Assembly (NCBI GenBank): GCA_036172245.1
Contig: JAYWIR010000025.1
Span: forward strand, 2,728,001 to 2,792,000
Length of the DNA stretch: 64,000 nucleotides
Origin: Raillietiella orientalis
Taxonomy: Eukaryota
Reading direction: 5' to 3'
How positions within the stretch are numbered: the stretch's first letter is position 1; each line of letters opens with the position of its first letter. A program made the position numbers and the translations under genes. This document shows positions 12,447 to 25,000 of this stretch, piece after piece. The notes under the pieces were generated by a model. The model was not told the DNA's origin and made no database searches. It worked only from the letters and a program-made list of their open reading frames with translations.

Positions 12447-15400
12447 GCGCGCTCGCTCGCACGCACATCCGCGCGTGCGTGCGTGCGTGCGTGTGTGTTT
12501 ATCGCTTCCACTCGTTTTTCGCCCGTGTTGAACGCAATTCGGGCTGCTCTTCGCCGAGACAGCCACCCTGGCCGGCGAATTCATACAAATCGCCACCCAG
12601 TCTCACCCTCTGGCTGAGCGGAAACTCTTGTTTTTCTTTTCCGTTTCCCTCCTCTGCCTTGCTTTCTCTCTCTCTTTTTTTTTCTTCCAGCGTTTTCCTT
12701 TCCAAGTCTTTCCGAGCTCGAGGAACGTTTCAAAAACTGATATTTCCCTATAACCTGTCCTCCTCTGTGATTCCATTCGCTTGCTGCACTTCTTCGAGTA
12801 TTTCTGCGTGGCGGCTGTTAGTGTACCGCGAGACTTTCCCCTTGCTGGTGAGTACGTCGGGTTTCTGCCGTACAACATGGCGCTCGGCCGTGTCGCGCTC
12901 CTCCGGGACATCCAGTGCGTGGTAAGCCCGTCTTGCGTGCAGTCCGTGTGTTGCCTTGTTGTGGTTGTGGTTGTTGTTTTCGGTGCTTTGCTGTCGCCGC
13001 TTCCGTGCGTGAGTACAACCTTTTCCCCGTTTTTGGCCCCCCTTCCTCCTCCTCCTCCTCCACCCTCGAGGTTTCCTCGCCGGCAACCAGCAGCGAGTAG
13101 TCCATCTTTCCTACTCTCCGTTTCTGGAAGGGACCAGCGAGAAGGAAAACACCTTTTTTTCTTTGCCTTCTTTCTTTCAAAACCAGAGGAAAGCTTCTTT
13201 CGCGGTTGCATGACGTCCCCTCCCCCCTCCTCCTCCTCCACGGGAGAGCTGTCCTCACATTCCCAAGTGCACTCTACGCCGAGAGCCGTTTGATAGGTCG
13301 GAAGCGTTCCCTTCCTCGAGTTCGTTCTTGGACGCGTGCACTTCGCAGCATTTCCATGTCTCTTACGCTGTGCCCCCGGAAGCCTTTTCCTTCGCGTTGG
13401 TGCGTGTGGCGCGTATTAGAGTGGCGCCAGGACGTCGGAAGCCTGATCCACGTAGCGGGACTGGTTTAGTGGATGCAGACGATAGGGCCCTCGCGGCTTT
13501 CTGTAGGTGCTTCCCAGATACGGCTTTGCAGCACAGTAAGGTAGTTGCCATTTTATTCGGGAATCCCTCGCCTCTTTTCGGTGTCTGAAGGATAAGAGCT
13601 CTTGCCCCTTTTCGCTCCTTTCGCAATCTGTTAAGGGAGTAGGGAGGTATTCATCCCGGATGATTTTCAGCACCAGGTTTTATGGCGCGCACTCCTGCCG
13701 GGTCGCATTCCGGTTTTTTCCCGAGCCGGGTTCCTTCCTTGCGTTGTTGGGCGAACGGAACTCGACTTGGACCCGATGCGCGCTGTGGGGAATTCGTGGG
13801 TCCGTCCGCCGTCCACATGTGACCAGGCAAATACGAAGACGAAGGAAACCATTAAAGAAATTTTATCGGGGTGTTGAGTTGCATCCAGTTGAGTGTTTAT
13901 CGAGCCTCTTGGAGGAGCTCTTGAGGAACGGACGGCTGATTTACAGATTTTCTTCTTGTGTTTGAGAACGTTCTCTCCGTGCCATGGCAACAACAAACGG
14001 TTGTTTGGGAATGGAAGCGGCGTTTATCTGGCACGTAACAGCGGGACGAAGAATTTTTTTTTCCTCTTCTTCTGTCTCTCCTCTGCTTGTTTTCTGGTGT
14101 GATTGAATTTCCTGATGCCGGTCAAGTTCTTGTGGCATAAACTTCCCCTCTCACTCTGCCGTCGTCCGTTTCACTGTCCCCGTGCTTTTCCCCTTATGAA
14201 GATGCACAATCAGGTGATTTACATGGGTTCCGGAGGTGATCGAATGCCAGTTGGTTCCGTTTTTATGATCGCTTTGGTGTAAATAGAGAAGACGTGCATC
14301 GATGCTTCTCACAGTCGCCGTGCCCTGTCTGAGGTTCAGCGCAACCATAAATTTCGGCCTGGTTTTCGTCGGCGCCGCGTACCTGGACCCGGCCGTGTAC
14401 CCTAGAGTGTGTGTGTGTGGGGGGGGGGAGGTTCTGCCGCCTTCCGGTGACGAGTCCCCGACAGGAGCCCCCATCCGTTTCCATGGGGTCACGGAACACG
14501 TTTCACACCATAGTGTTCCCTCGTTCGGTGCGCGGGGGCACTTCACTGGGGATGGTCGATCTGGCACACGTGCCGTGACCGTTGGGTCCGGAGTCATCTC
14601 CACTATTGTTTTTGGACACGAAAAGATTAGGTTATCTTTCCTCTATCTTTTCCTTTGTTTGGTGTCCCCTGGTGCCAGATCCCATCTTGCCGAAGGAGCT
14701 CGACATTTCTCGCAAGTTTTCGGATGGCCCAGACGCTTCCACTCGTGGGAAGCATGCTCACCTACTCTCGCTGACACTTTCTAAACTCCTTCCTCCATAG
14801 AGATCGGTGTGACTTTTTTTTTCTCGAGGAGCCACGTTTTATCGGACTCATCATCGCTGTTTTCCGTTCTTCCGAACGCGCCATTCATTACGCTGCTTTC
14901 AGTTGGTGTAATATGATACTTGGCGATAGAAGAGTTCCGGTAGCGGTGGTCTTGCATTTGTTCCACCGTGGTAGCAATCACTTTGTTGAAACCATCCAAC
15001 GGTATGTGCACGTCTTTATTTGTCTTCCGCTTCCTGGATCTTGTTATGATTTCGCTATTTCGGGTACTTTGTGTGTCCCTTTTCCCGATGGAAGCATCCA
15101 TCCTCCTGCGGTGGATTCCATTCACTTTTCTGGTTTTTCATTAAGAGTTAGACGGATGCTCTCGAATGCGTGGACGGTTTTTTCCCTTCTTTCTTCGGTC
15201 TGCATCTGTCCTCGGCCCAAGTATCCTTCTTCCTCTTGGAGATTTCAATAAGCCTGGCGTTTTAGGGAGGTTGTTTGGGAAACCATAATATAAAATACCT
15301 GGTATGTGTTAAGTAGTGACGAGAGAGGAAGCTCCGAGGGAGCTGTTGCTGATGGATAGATGCGTGGGTGTGTGTACGTATGTGTTTAATATGTGAACTC

Positions 15401-17572
15401 GTCGGGAGTTCGAAAATGGAGGAGGTAGCTATCTGTGGATGGTCAGAATCCGGAAACCGGTCAGGTGCTTTCCAAACGATGTTCACTCGTGCTTGGTGTT
15501 TCTGCCAGTTTCATTTCCTTGTTGTACGAGTAGGGGAAGGGTGTAGTAGTGGCACTTAATATTTGATGAGTCTCCCAACTGGGTGTTGTGCATAGGAAGA
15601 ACGAACTGTACGTCATTTCAGTACACATGGTGTGGTAGTCCGTTTTTTTTTTTCCTTACCGGAAATGCTAGCTTCCGATTCCATCAAGTTTGGAAAGGCA
15701 TGTTGTTGTTGTTGCTGCTGTTGTTCTTTAAATGAAAGTTTTTTTTTTTTTCTAAACAAAATGATGCGCAGCTGGTCGAAAGTTGCACTCTTGAACCTGA
15801 GCAAAACTGCGTTTGACCTCAAAAACAGCCAGAGCAAAAAGTTCGTCTTCTAGCATTTGTCTTGGAGTACTGCTTGTCATTCGTTGTGCTTTTTTTTTTT
15901 CTTCTTAAAGGGAAGTTTCAGAAGCATCTACCGGAAGAATGGTCTTTGTTTTCTACTGTTATCAGCTTTTACTTAAAAGGCTTAAGGCTTTTGATTTTAT
16001 TAACTCGGCTGATTCGAAACCAAAAAAAAAAACACACACACACACACAGACCACTCACTGTTTATTGAAATTCATTCATCGGTAATGTTCTTCGAAGCAT
16101 GTACAAAGTAGGGACACGCCTTTTTCCAAATGCGATCGCGAATAACGAAGTACTTAGTTACCTAGCAACGGTGTTTTCGGTTTCCCAGGAAGAATTTAGG
16201 CAGAGCAGCGCTACATACAGTAATGAGAAGGGAATGTGGTTCCATGTTACTACACAGTTTCGCCGTCATAGGGAACGCACAAGAAGGTGTCCGCGGCACG
16301 AGCGGAAGAACTGAACTGGTGCGAGGACCAATAAGTAGACCTTTCTGTGCCGTCTCCGTGAGAACAAACGCCACACAGGGAAGATCCGTAGATCCCGTGC
16401 AGCAGAAAGAAACAGCGTAAAATCCTCTAGTGTTTGTGAAGCTGCTGCCCTCGTTGCATCATCATCTGCGATGCCTGCGGCAGTTGGCGTGGCAATCCTT
16501 ACTTAGGAATCTTTGATCCACAGTGGACGACGGTGACTGGAAAGCAATAGGGGTGGAAGAAGATCACAGGCTTTTGTGCACAGCTGGTATTCCGTTTCGA
16601 TGGTCATGCCAACGTTCCCGTTCACCTTTTCCTTCACAAGAGTGTCCATCAGTACCGAAGAGAGGTCCACCACGGACAGATCGGACGGTCGAGCGCAGTA
16701 GCGAGGCGGGGGGTCCCTTTCCGTTGCTTTCTCTCCTTCCCTGCGTTGTCCCGAGTTCGTCGTTTAAGTGTCCTTTGGTGGTTTTCGTGTGTGTGTGTGT
16801 GTTGTGTTTTGCACGGCAGAACACCACCACCACCAAAAACTGGACTGAACGCCCTTCTCAATGTGGGGTGCAGCCGAGGTTGCCACTCGCAATCTCGGCA
16901 ACTCTCCTGTTTTCCTGCAGCAGCAGCAGCAGCAGCACACAGCCGGGCAATTTGGTTTTCCTCAGTGGCCCATGCGTAATTTTATTGAAGTTTGGGGGAA
17001 TTTTCGAACCTTCTCGGTGCATGGCCCATGTGCAGGCAAGACGGCCCAAGCTAGAGACCGAAGAATTGCCATAAAGCGACCCCGAAGAAATCACGGAGCA
17101 CTTCGTTGATTCGCGTTTCGATGCGCCGGAAACAGCACCAGGGAAACAGTCGGAGATGGCTTGTCCTGAGCCTCCTGGCACTGTACATGCAATGCCATAT
17201 AAATAATAGCAGGGGGGCTTTCCCTTCTGGGGCATTTCATTTGGAAAGTTCTCGAGGGCTTTGCTTGCAAACAAGCACTGGCGAGTTGGTGAACAGGAGC
17301 AAAAGAGCGTCGCATTTTCTCCCGTCGAACGCTCCTCTGCTGGATGAATGCTTCTTCAAGTTTTCGTATTGTTTGGGCGGAGTCTTCCCATGGGTTCCCC
17401 CCCCTACGGACGGTCGTCCCTGGCGGGCACTTTTCCCGAGTTCGAATTTTCGGATCCCTCGAAACCTGTGCGCTGAGGATGCTAAATGAACATTTTCACT
17501 CTTTGATTGAACCCGCCCACATCAATAAGTGCTGATGTACTATGAAATACCAAAGGTTATCTTGTTTTTCAG

Positions 17573-17612
17573 ATACTGGTGTGTTAGCTCACAAGATTTA
17601 GACATGGTGCAG
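17573..17612 (+). other. Candidate 5'UTR exon of FGFR ending in ATGGTGCAG
   Basis: Strong TTGTTTTTCAG acceptor and CAG|GTAAGC donor, 40 nt apart. Confidence 0.35.
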
Positions 17613-17710
17613 GTAAGCCTGGTTGCTTGGATGGAATGATAATTGTGGTAGCTCTTTTCATCATCATCATCATGTCTGCACACTGTAGTGCACTTTGTTC
17701 GGAGATTTGC

Positions 17711-17750
<40 letters not shown>

Positions 17751-20478
17751 CATGCAACTGCACGGTGCACGTGTGTGTGTTGTGTGTGTCTTCAGTTTGC
17801 AGCTTTTGTGGTGCTCGAGACCTGAACCTTGGTATGCAGGCAGACATGTCTGGAACGCATTTAGGTTACGGGGAACATCCTTGCTCGCATGCCGGGTGCG
17901 CCAGCCTCCCTTCTTTACGGTTGCGCCTTTCCTCCTCAATCCGCCGTTCCCGTGACGAAAATCATCACAGTTTAACAAGCGCTTTCAAAGCGTGCCGTCA
18001 CACGTGAAAGTCCTGGCACACGCTCCCCTCCGTCGAAGCCCCTCCATCCTTGGGAGTTCCGAACTCTCCCGCCGAATCCGGTAACATCGCTGCGGGGAAA
18101 TCATCATTGCACGCACGGAAGATTCGCAATCTCAAAATCATTATAATCCGTATGGGGATCACATTCTACGTCAGGTCATCAGCAGGGACTTGAGGTTGGG
18201 TGCACACGTGCTTTGTAATGCACACTGGCCGTTCGTGTCGGTGTGTGTGTGCGCTCACCAATTCGTTTATGGAAATCTTGGGGAACCCCCCCCCCCCCCC
18301 ATAGGCGTTTTTGCTGCTTTGGTTTTGGAGCCGCCTGGGAAGTTCCTGCCTGGAAAGTGGCACCGGATAGGAAGCGGCGGCCCTCTTGGAGTGCTGCCTG
18401 CAGAGCTTCCCGTCTGTCCTTCTCCGGAATCGCAATTCTCGCGTCCGCTGATCTCGGAGAGGCAGTTCATCTGTCTAACCTAATCAGTTCTGGGATGCTG
18501 CTCTGCATATTGATCGGATGGCAGCCTGTGCAGATATTTTGTTGCGTTGTGTTCGGGGTGTTCAGGTTGCAAGCTTGGTGAAAGCGGGGGTGGGTGGGGG
18601 GCTGTGTGGTATTCTTCTCCCCCCTCCCCACTTCGAGATTCGCGTGCGTCTTCGAGGATCACTTCTCGAGGAAGAAGCCGTTGCCTGAACTCGAGTACCC
18701 CCCCCCCCCGGTGAGTCGACGCGCGCACGCCCTGATGCTCCTCTTGGAATGCGAAGACGGCGCGGCGGCGGGGGGACGCTTCTTTGGGTTTCGAGTCTTC
18801 TGGCAGGGGCGAGGGCGGCAGAAGATTTCGTCCCGCGCGCTTCCCGGGGTGCATCGTCGGTGGTGCACAGTGTTTCGGGAATCGCGTAGGTGCGCGCGCG
18901 CGCGCGCGGGTTGAATGCATTCCGAAGTAGCGGAAGGAAGGCACTCGGCAGCGCGCAACTGGTGTTTTCGTGGTACTCACTGCGCAGGCCTCGCCTCTCT
19001 TCTGCTGCTGCTGCTGCGCGGAGCTCTCCGCTCCCGAGTGTAGTGCACGAACCGGAGTAAGAGGAGCCCTCCTGTCAGTTGTTGACGTTTCTTCTTTTTT
19101 TTTTTTTCGCGCTTCCTTTCGTCCTTTTCGCGCTGTGTGTGTTTGCCTGAGGCTCTCACAAAGTGGCCATCACCCCGAACTCTTCTTGCGCGTCTCTTGG
19201 ATCCTTCCGCGGGGATGAACTTCGAACGGGGAGGAAACAACTCGCTTTGGACTCTGTAAGCTGTCTCGGGCACGCGCCTGCAAGCTTCGAAGATGATCCC
19301 CCCCCCCCTCTCCTTCTGATACGCTTGTTTTTCTTTTTTTTCCTTCTTCCATTCTCTCCTCTGATGCTTGCTTTTGATGCCGCGCCAGTTTCCCTGTCTG
19401 CGCCGCAGCCTTTCGCCGGCGTTCCGTCCCGTTCGTTTTGATCTCTGCGTGGAGATCCCTTTTGAGCGATGCCTCTCGGAGGGGTGACCTTTTCTAATTG
19501 GTGGCGTGCAGTGAGCCGGGGGGATACTTTTGCGGGAGGAAAGAAGCCAAAGGACGCGCGGCTGCTGTGCCGCCACGAGGAGCGGCCGTGTCCCCTCGCT
19601 CGCAGGGACGAAGGGGGCTTCCCGCCGCCGCCGCCGCCGTCGTTCTGGAGCTCGTTTACGGGAAGCGGAGCGGGGCTGTCCCCCGTTTTCTCTCTGCAAA
19701 CATCTATTAGATAGTCCGAGCCCAATAATCTGGACACATCTGCGAAGCACACTTGGCGAACCGTGCGCCCGCGCGGACTTTCTCCGTCTCCCAGGCGCAT
19801 TCGCACTCATTTGCGGGGCTTATTTTAAATTTTCGGAAAGACGGCAATAAATCTGTTTGTCACATCCAGTAAACCGCATGTTTAGTGGCTCTCTCGTTAA
19901 TGCGGAGGAGAAGAGTCTCGTAATTGCAGATCGAATCAAGACCGCCGAGGACCCGGGAGTCGTTCGCTCGTCCTCGCAAGTGCACGCTTCCGCGCCCAAG
20001 CACCTGGCTCAGTCCGCGCAGCCGTTGGCAAATTTCGACTCTTGATTAATGGGGAAGTGCGTTTCGCCAGGGATGATGGTTTTGTCCGCCGCCTGTTCCC
20101 GTCTTTTGGATTTGCCTCTTTCTTCTGGTCTTTTTTTTTTTTGGCTTTGATCTCGTCCGAGGCGTTCCCGTGCGACCGAAAGGAGCGCTACCGTCATCTG
20201 CGCGAGGGAGGAGGAAGAAAAGTGTTTCGTGTTTCGATTCAGGAGCCGTCCCACTTCTGTGATCTGTGCGATAAACTGTGGGTTCCACCGAGTGGCATCC
20301 GCTCGCCCGTCGTGTGCTGCCCGTGAGCAGAGTCGCTCCCGAGGAGGCGGAGGGGAGAGGATACGGGGATTTTTTTATGGAGCGTGACTGAACGAAACCT
20401 GGTTCGCCTTGTTCGTGCAGTTCTTGCTTCCCCGCAGCAGTCATCCTCCTCCCTGGACCATGCTGCTGCTGCTGCTTT

Positions 20479-20511
<33 letters not shown>

Positions 20512-21921
20512 CCGAAGCCCAGTGCGCACACAATGGTGCTCTAATATCACTGTTTTATGGTCCCGAAAAGTGGAACGATCGCGGCATCTGCCAATTTCGA
20601 AGCCTCCTCTACGAAGGTCGGCTTGGATGGTTTTTTCTTCCTCCTTCCCGTTCGTGCGCGCTTTTCCATCTCCCGTTGCGAGAGGAAGGAACTGCTCCGA
20701 TGTGCGCGCGTGTGTTGACACCACCACTCTTCCCGAGTCGAGAGCAGCAGCAGCAGCAGCAGCAGCAGGTTCCGTCGGAGGAAGAAGGAGCGCACGCTGC
20801 CGCCGCCGGTTGCGCTTCCCGCGTTCCCTCCCTCCTCCTTGCGCGCGATCCCGCCGCCATTCGCCCCTTCTCTGTGTGTGTGTGTTTTCCCGTTTTGGAC
20901 ACGTCCGCGCGCACTTCGGTGTTTCCTGGAAACAAGGCGCCTTTTTCATCCTTTCGTCGGAATCCGGGCGCCTTCCTCTCCCCCCGCAGCGTGGCGCGTA
21001 TGTAATGATCCGAACGTCCTGGATTGTGTTGCTGATCGAGTGCGACCTTTTTTTCCTTTTTTTGTAGCTTCCCAGTGGATGCAGGGACTCATCAGGGAGA
21101 GGGGGTGCGCGCGTCTCTTCCTCATCGGGTCTTCCTTTTTTTTCTTCTTCCCCTCCCCCCCCCGCCCTTCTGAAAAAAGGAACCACGGAATAACATTCAA
21201 AGTGTTTAAACATTTGTCTTGACATGATTCCAGCAGAGCATTCTTGAATTCCTGCCCGTCGCAAGGCGCGTTCCCCCTTTTCAAGAACTCGCTGCGCAAG
21301 GACACTGTCGTTTTCTCCGAGCAGACGCCGCCGTTTTTGATAAATTCGCGAAATAAGTAAATAAATAAATAAAGTGTTTTGACTTGGCGAGTGCAGCTGT
21401 TGGGGGGGGGGGGGGGAAGCAGAGAGAGCAAGATAAGCGGTTTCCTCCTTCCCGGCAGCGCCAGACAACGGCTCGTCTTTCGAGGAAGACGCGGAAAACC
21501 ATTTCCGCCCTTCCTCCTCTTTAACTGCGCTGCGCACCTCGGGTTCCGCGGACGGAACTGCAATTGTTGACAAGGATGTTCCCGAAATCCCACCGTGTGT
21601 TGTTCCCGAAAACTGCTGCAGCCGTGCCAAGAGTGCCTGGTTCCACGGAAGGGCATCGCGGCAGGAATAGAAAGGCGACAGACAGCAGGTGGATGAACGC
21701 CGAGCGTGGCCCGGAGACGCGAAACCCCGTGCGCCCCCGTGGATCCCCCCCCCCTCCCGTGGAACAGAGGCAGAGCTGCCTCGCCCGTTCCTGCCGTCCC
21801 GGTATTTTCGAATGCGTGGTGATGACTTTTCGGGCCTTCGATATCAAAAGTTGCTCCCTTTTTTTTTTTTATGCCTTTTTTTGATTTCTTCACCTCGCTA
21901 ATTGTATGCTGCTTTTCAGCG

Positions 21922-22012
21922 ATGTTCTCCGTAAAGCTCTGGATGCTATCATGTGACATTCTGTTGATGACCATGAGTTTATCCGTAGTCAGTTGCCACG
22001 CTCCCCCCAAAG
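21922..22012 (+). CDS. FGFR: FGFR signal-peptide exon SP1 ([31 protein letters not shown])
   Basis: Branch-like GCTAAT and TTTTCAG acceptor at 21919; strong AAG|GTGAGT donor; hydrophobic N-terminus; phase 1 matches the exon at 29307. Confidence 0.75.
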
Positions 22013-25000
22013 GTGAGTATCGCCTCTGCCATTTCCAAAGTGCGTCGTTTTCCCTCGAGCCGCAAGAGTGGCTGCTGCTGCTCTTGTTGGGAAAGGCGTA
22101 AAGACCTCGGCCTTCTTTCTGGCTCAGCCGCTGCGGTAGTCAGGCAGACTCCGCCAAAATCCCTCGGAACAGCGTATACGTCTCTACGTGTACAGTGCAT
22201 CTGTGTACCCAAGTTTGTGCATGTAAGCAGGTTGGCCGGGTCCTGGTCGACGGGCCTCGGCCAGGACCTTTTCTCGGGAACACGCACGCACGCGGCGTGT
22301 GTTCCCGAGCTGACGTTCGCGAGGTGGCTAAGGGGTTCGCATGAGATCGGACCGCGTCCAGCATGAGCGGAGGAGGGAGACGCATGAGCGGAGGAGGGAG
22401 ACGCATGAGCCGTGCTGCCGATCGTGCCGACGGCAGGTCGGCGTGTGGTGGCGCGTCCAGGATTCCCCATGGGGGAGCAGGGAACCTGGATACCCCGGTG
22501 TTGTTGCAGATGCGATGGTGGCCTCTTTTTACCCGGCCTGCTCGGGGCTTCCGGCACGTCTCAGAAAAAAAAAAAAAAAAAAAGTCAGTTTCACTTCCTC
22601 CGGCAACGGCCTGCTTTGCATCGCAAATGTTTGCAGAGGTCGTACCTCCACCTCGCCTGCCGGAGAAATGGCGCGTCTCCTCCTGCCAGTGAGGTTCGCT
22701 CCAGCGGCTGGAAGGTTTCGAAACATGCAAGGCTCCTCCGGATGCAGGTCCCGATAGAGCCGGGCTCCCAGCGCTAAACTGGAAACATCCCATGAATAGA
22801 AATTTCGGCGTTCCATCTTGAAATTCCAGTTTGCTCCCCGGGAAAATGGCGCATCGTTGTCACGTGTTTTTTTTTTTTTTTTTTTTGCATTCCCTCCTCC
22901 CCCCACCTTCCATCGTTCGTTCCCTTCAGTGTGCTGTAAAGGGATTCGTTTTTAGTCGTGTAAATAATTTTTCAGAGTGGATTTCTTACTGACCCGCGTG
23001 TTTTTTTTTTTTTTTTTTTTTTTCTTGCGAGTGGTGCGCTAGCTGTTAATGTAGGAGATGAATCCCTGATTTGTCGTGTGGTCCTTTCCATGTCCAAACG
23101 CTCCTTCGGCCCATCATTTGGCATCCAGATGACGGGAGCAAGAAGTCGAGCTGGAAGCCCGAAGTTGCTGACTGGAAACGGCGTAAACGCGGCTTGCCAA
23201 ATAATTTGTAACACATGCATCTCAAGAGGAGGAGAGGCCCACTGCGATCCACCCGTTTCCATGGCGCCTTTTTCGCAACCGTTCCGTCGCATGCGCATCC
23301 CGGCTGTTCGCCCTTCGCGTCCTTTGCCCCGCGACCGTGGAACCAGCAGTCTGCGGCGGCTCCGGTGGCTGCGGTGAAAATCCATCTCGACGGCGATTTT
23401 TTCTCCGAGCTCTCGCGTTCGTGATTAATTTTATGTATTTATTCAGGAAACAATGTTATCTTTTCTCGATCTCGCCATTATGATTCAGCGCCTGCTTCTT
23501 TGTCGTAGGGTCCTGCGTAGATAAGGTTCGGCGTTTTATTGCACGTGGTCTTTCTCGACTTCTTGTGTGCGGACCCCCCCCCCTTTCGCTCCCCTCTCCG
23601 TGGTCCGAGGAATCGCGCCGCAGCGGCAGAGGCGAGGAACGCACGTCGGGCGCGCACTTGGCCGTTTCCAGGATTGCCACGACGTCTCCACTTTTCCACG
23701 AGCAGCTTCCGTGCCACGCTCCGTGTTGCAGGGAAGCGAAAGCGCGTCCACGGAAGGGGGCGCAAGGAGCCTCTTCGACTTCTTCGTTTTTCGAAGAAAA
23801 ATTTCGCGCGGAGCCAACAGCACTGCTTGCTGAATGCGTAGAATTCCGAAATGGACGTGGGAGTGCGTGTGTGAAAATTCCCGAAATTCCTTCCAGGAAG
23901 CGAAGAAGTTCTTCTGTCCTTGCCAAGTGGTGAGACGGTGCGCATTTGCAAGATGCCATCACCTCTTGCGGATTGTAGCTGTGGTCTCCGGGGTTTATTC
24001 CAAGTTGGGTCGAGTGCTTCCCACATCCGGGAAGGAAGGGGAAAAAAGGAAAGAAACCCCCAAAACAAGAACACACAGCCAAGAAGAGTGTGTTTCAACG
24101 TTTCCTCCGAAAGAGGCCGCACGTATTTCGCTGCGTGCTGTTGACGCAGGTCGAGGCGCGACATCTACACGGCCGATGTGCAAACAGAGATGCGGAGGGC
24201 TTTCAAAGAAGACGTTTAGCAGCAGCAGCAGCAGCAGCCTTCTCCAAATCGGCTGTCCTTTTTTGCTCTTGATCGAATAGCGCCGCGCAGCCTGTGCGTG
24301 ACGATTATGGAGAGAGCTGCTGGAGGATAGGGGAGGAGGGAGGACACTGCTCCGTCCGTCTTCTTTGCTTCATCTCCAGCGTAGCAGCGATGCTTGGTTT
24401 GGGAGGGGGGTATGTCAGATGAGCGGTGTTTCCCAGTGAGCACACTACGGTGTTTCGCTTTCCGTCGCGGTTTCATCGTGCTCGGGGGAACAGAGAGCGA
24501 CATCCCCACTTGTGCTTCCACTAATTAAGCCGAGCCGAGCAGCTGCTGGCCCTTTGCGTGCATCTATTTTGAAAGAGTTAAATTTAAACTCTTCAGCGCT
24601 GGAAGGTTGGTGTTTTCCTTCTATTCTTGAAGGTTTTGTCCTTTCCGTTTGTTTGGCGCTTGCGTGGAAAAGAAAGGTCCTCTCCGCATCTCGTGTGTGC
24701 TGGGAACCGCGTGCAGCGGCTTCTTTCCTTTTTCCTTCCACTTTGGTGTTTTTCATCCATCTCGAAATACAAGCGCTGCGTTTCTCTCCCGGGTAGCCTT
24801 TTTTTTTTTCTCCCTTCCTTCCTTTCTTTCCTTTTTTTTTTTTGCCGTTCTTGCTTGGTGGCTTTTCTTCCACGACGTTTCGAATTCTCGGTTGATGGAG
24901 GTCGGTCGCATTACGACTTTGACTGCACTTGGGGGAACAAAAGGACCGTGCGGGGGAGTCGGAAACGCCAGACCCCTCCGCGCTCCCTCTACGGTGCGAC

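Noticed and set aside
14781..15125. 114-aa minus-strand ORF in an AT-richer block
   Set aside because: No recognisable motif; possibly an old TE fragment, but unsupported.
20239..21630. 463-aa ORF and the many other long Arg/Pro/Gly-rich ORFs in the track
   Set aside because: They run through homopolymers and microsatellites with no domain motifs, as expected in GC-rich DNA.
22361..22410. CRISPR-like repeat
   Set aside because: Head-to-tail copies without spacers, in a eukaryotic intron.
23920..24010. SGETVRIC as a possible FGFR IgI exon
   Set aside because: No Ig Trp or Y-x-C motif, and no phase-compatible splice sites.
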